Under the pieces are notes generated by a model, which saw nothing but the letters and a program-made list of their open reading frames with translations, was not told the DNA's origin and did no database searches. A DNA stretch of 64,000 nucleotides, from NCBI GenBank assembly GCA_934725535.1, contig CAKVBV010000002.1, positions 7,575 through 71,574 of the forward strand. Reading direction: 5' to 3'. A program made the position numbers and the translations under genes. Below are positions 62,974-64,000 of the stretch, piece after piece. Position 1 is the stretch's first letter. Every line of letters starts with the position of its first letter. This stretch comes from an uncultured Bacteroidales bacterium (GTDB lineage: Bacteria; Bacteroidota; Bacteroidia; Bacteroidales; Paludibacteraceae).

Positions 62974-63005
62974 TTCAGCAAGGGATAAGCAAGGGATGCG
63001 CAAGG
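62974..63005 (-). repeat. Right copy of the 32-bp perfect inverted repeat
   Basis: ttcagcaagggataagcaagggatgcgcaagg. It continues as further 11-bp-phased units (ataggttatgg, atagactatga). Confidence 0.95.
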
Positions 63006-63106
63006 GATAGGTTATGGATAGACTATGAATAAGCCGCTCTTTGACACCCCAAACCAAGAAAATGCCCAATGCCTTTCCGGCATTGAGCATTCACTTCCTG
63101 CATCAA

Positions 63107-63868
63107 TCACTTAACCACTGCACCCAGAGCGTTGTACTTCACGCCATTGCTCAGGATATACAACTGACCGTTCTCCACGAACTTGCCGTTCTTCTCGACA
63201 CTTGTCTCGGTATTCTCTACATCGGTAGAAGTCTTGACTACACAAGGAGCAGCATAGCCTATGGTCTCCATACCGAACATATCCTCATCAAAGTCGTTAC
63301 TATAGAACTCCTCATCAAAACGACCGGTAGAAGGCAACGTTGCGAACAAGCAATCGCTATTGGGAGCCTGTACACCGTCTGCATCAACGTACCACTCGAT
63401 ACCGGCTTCAAACTTGCCATTCACAGTACCATAAGCAAACAAGAACAATTGACCATAAGCATATACAACAGTATCTTTCTGGATTTTAGCACCTGCAGCA
63501 GCATCTTTGTCTGCAATACATTGTGCCAAATTGAAAGTAGCACCATAGATATTGCCCTTGATTTGTTTCAAACGGTTGGTATCATCCTTCTTAGGACCGT
63601 AGTTTGTCCAAATGTTGGCAGCCAGACCACGGGTAGAACCTTCTTCCTTGGGAGTTTTAATGGCTTCTTCCCACTTGGTGCCGGTGATGTCGAAAGCAAG
63701 TGTTACTGTTTCACCAGGTTCAAAATCGTTAGCCTTGGCAAATTCGCCTTTCTCGCAATCCCATTTTACGATGTAACGACCATCTGCACCAACAGGATTG
63801 TTGATTTCAGCAGCAACCGCGCTCATACTTACCAAAGCGGCAGCAAGAACAAAAGTAAACTTTTTCAT
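63107..63868 (-). CDS. Secreted hypothetical protein with conserved C-terminal tail, upstream of susC
   Basis: Signal peptide MKKFTFVLAAALVSMSAVA. Tail VEKNGKFVENGQLYILSNGVKYNALGAVVK. Confidence 0.65.
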   Translation of the reverse strand: MKKFTFVLAAALVSMSAVAAEINNPVGADGRYIVKWDCEKGEFAKANDFEPGETVTLAFDITGTKWEEAIKTPKEEGSTRGLAANIWTNYGPKKDDTNRLKQIKGNIYGATFNLAQCIADKDAAAGAKIQKDTVVYAYGQLFLFAYGTVNGKFEAGIEWYVDADGVQAPNSDCLFATLPSTGRFDEEFYSNDFDEDMFGMETIGYAAPCVVKTSTDVENTETSVEKNGKFVENGQLYILSNGVKYNALGAVVK

Positions 63869-63964
63869 GATTATAAAAATTTAGTTGTTAAATAAAAAGT
63901 TGTGTCTCCACCTCCAATGTGTACATCGTCCCAAGTGAGACTGCACATTTTCGTTTTGACGGTG

Positions 63965-63972
63965 CAAAGGTA
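63965..63972 (-). promoter_or_regulatory. -7 promoter motif TACCTTTG for the 63868 gene
   Basis: Reverse complement of caaaggta, about 97 nt upstream of the ATG. Confidence 0.5.
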
Positions 63973-64000
63973 CTACAACCCCTATATATCCCGAAATGAT

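Noticed and set aside
57501-63005. Composite transposon or IS bounded by the 32-bp inverted repeats.
   Set aside because: There is no transposase between or beside the repeats. The repeats are internal 11-bp tandem arrays in promoter-proximal positions, and no flanking target duplication was seen. It is kept as a regulatory or inversion hypothesis instead.

Overview
This window looks like a Bacteroidota chromosome segment, Bacteroidales and probably Prevotellaceae-like. The evidence is many exact TAnnTTTG -7 promoter motifs, a SusC/SusD pair, T9SS-type C-terminal tails, and the sigma54-regulator/LptE-like/SecG and RsfS/FtsH gene neighbourhoods. Most of it is GC-rich housekeeping: rhomboid protease, HU, adk, obg, ClC channel, uvrB, queA, THUMP RNA methyltransferase, glgP-type phosphorylase, tsaC, xseB, aroA-like, DPP-III, rpmH, rbfA, LolE-like permease, tRNA-Leu(UAG), korAB, ftsH and an M16 peptidase. 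There is also a starch-type PUL (SusC, SusD, GH97 SusB-like). I saw no rRNA, CRISPR array, integrase or transposase. The interesting signal lies in several visibly A+T-richer islets and the unusually repeat-rich intergenic DNA. (1) Two cargo-variable cassettes (about 10.33-14.85 kb and 46.74-48.27 kb) are bounded by the same left module (A) and right module (B). A carries a conserved tiny Cys-rich hydrophobic ORF; B carries a consensus promoter plus conserved hairpins. (2) A promoter-to-terminator unit at 39420-39720 encodes a structured RNA or leader of about 290 nt, upstream of three secreted or lipoprotein genes. (3) Helically phased 10-11 bp tandem arrays recur near promoters. One family, TAATCACATAC x5, has three copies. 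One 32-bp array occurs as a perfect inverted pair upstream of both susC and the GH97 gene. (4) A REP-like palindrome, GACGACGCGAGCCGCGTCGTC, has 7 copies, including nested long forms. (5) queA carries in-frame segments that resemble intergenic repeats. All calls come from reading the ORF translations and the DNA by eye. No searches or alignments were run, so family names are recognition-based and identities are qualitative.
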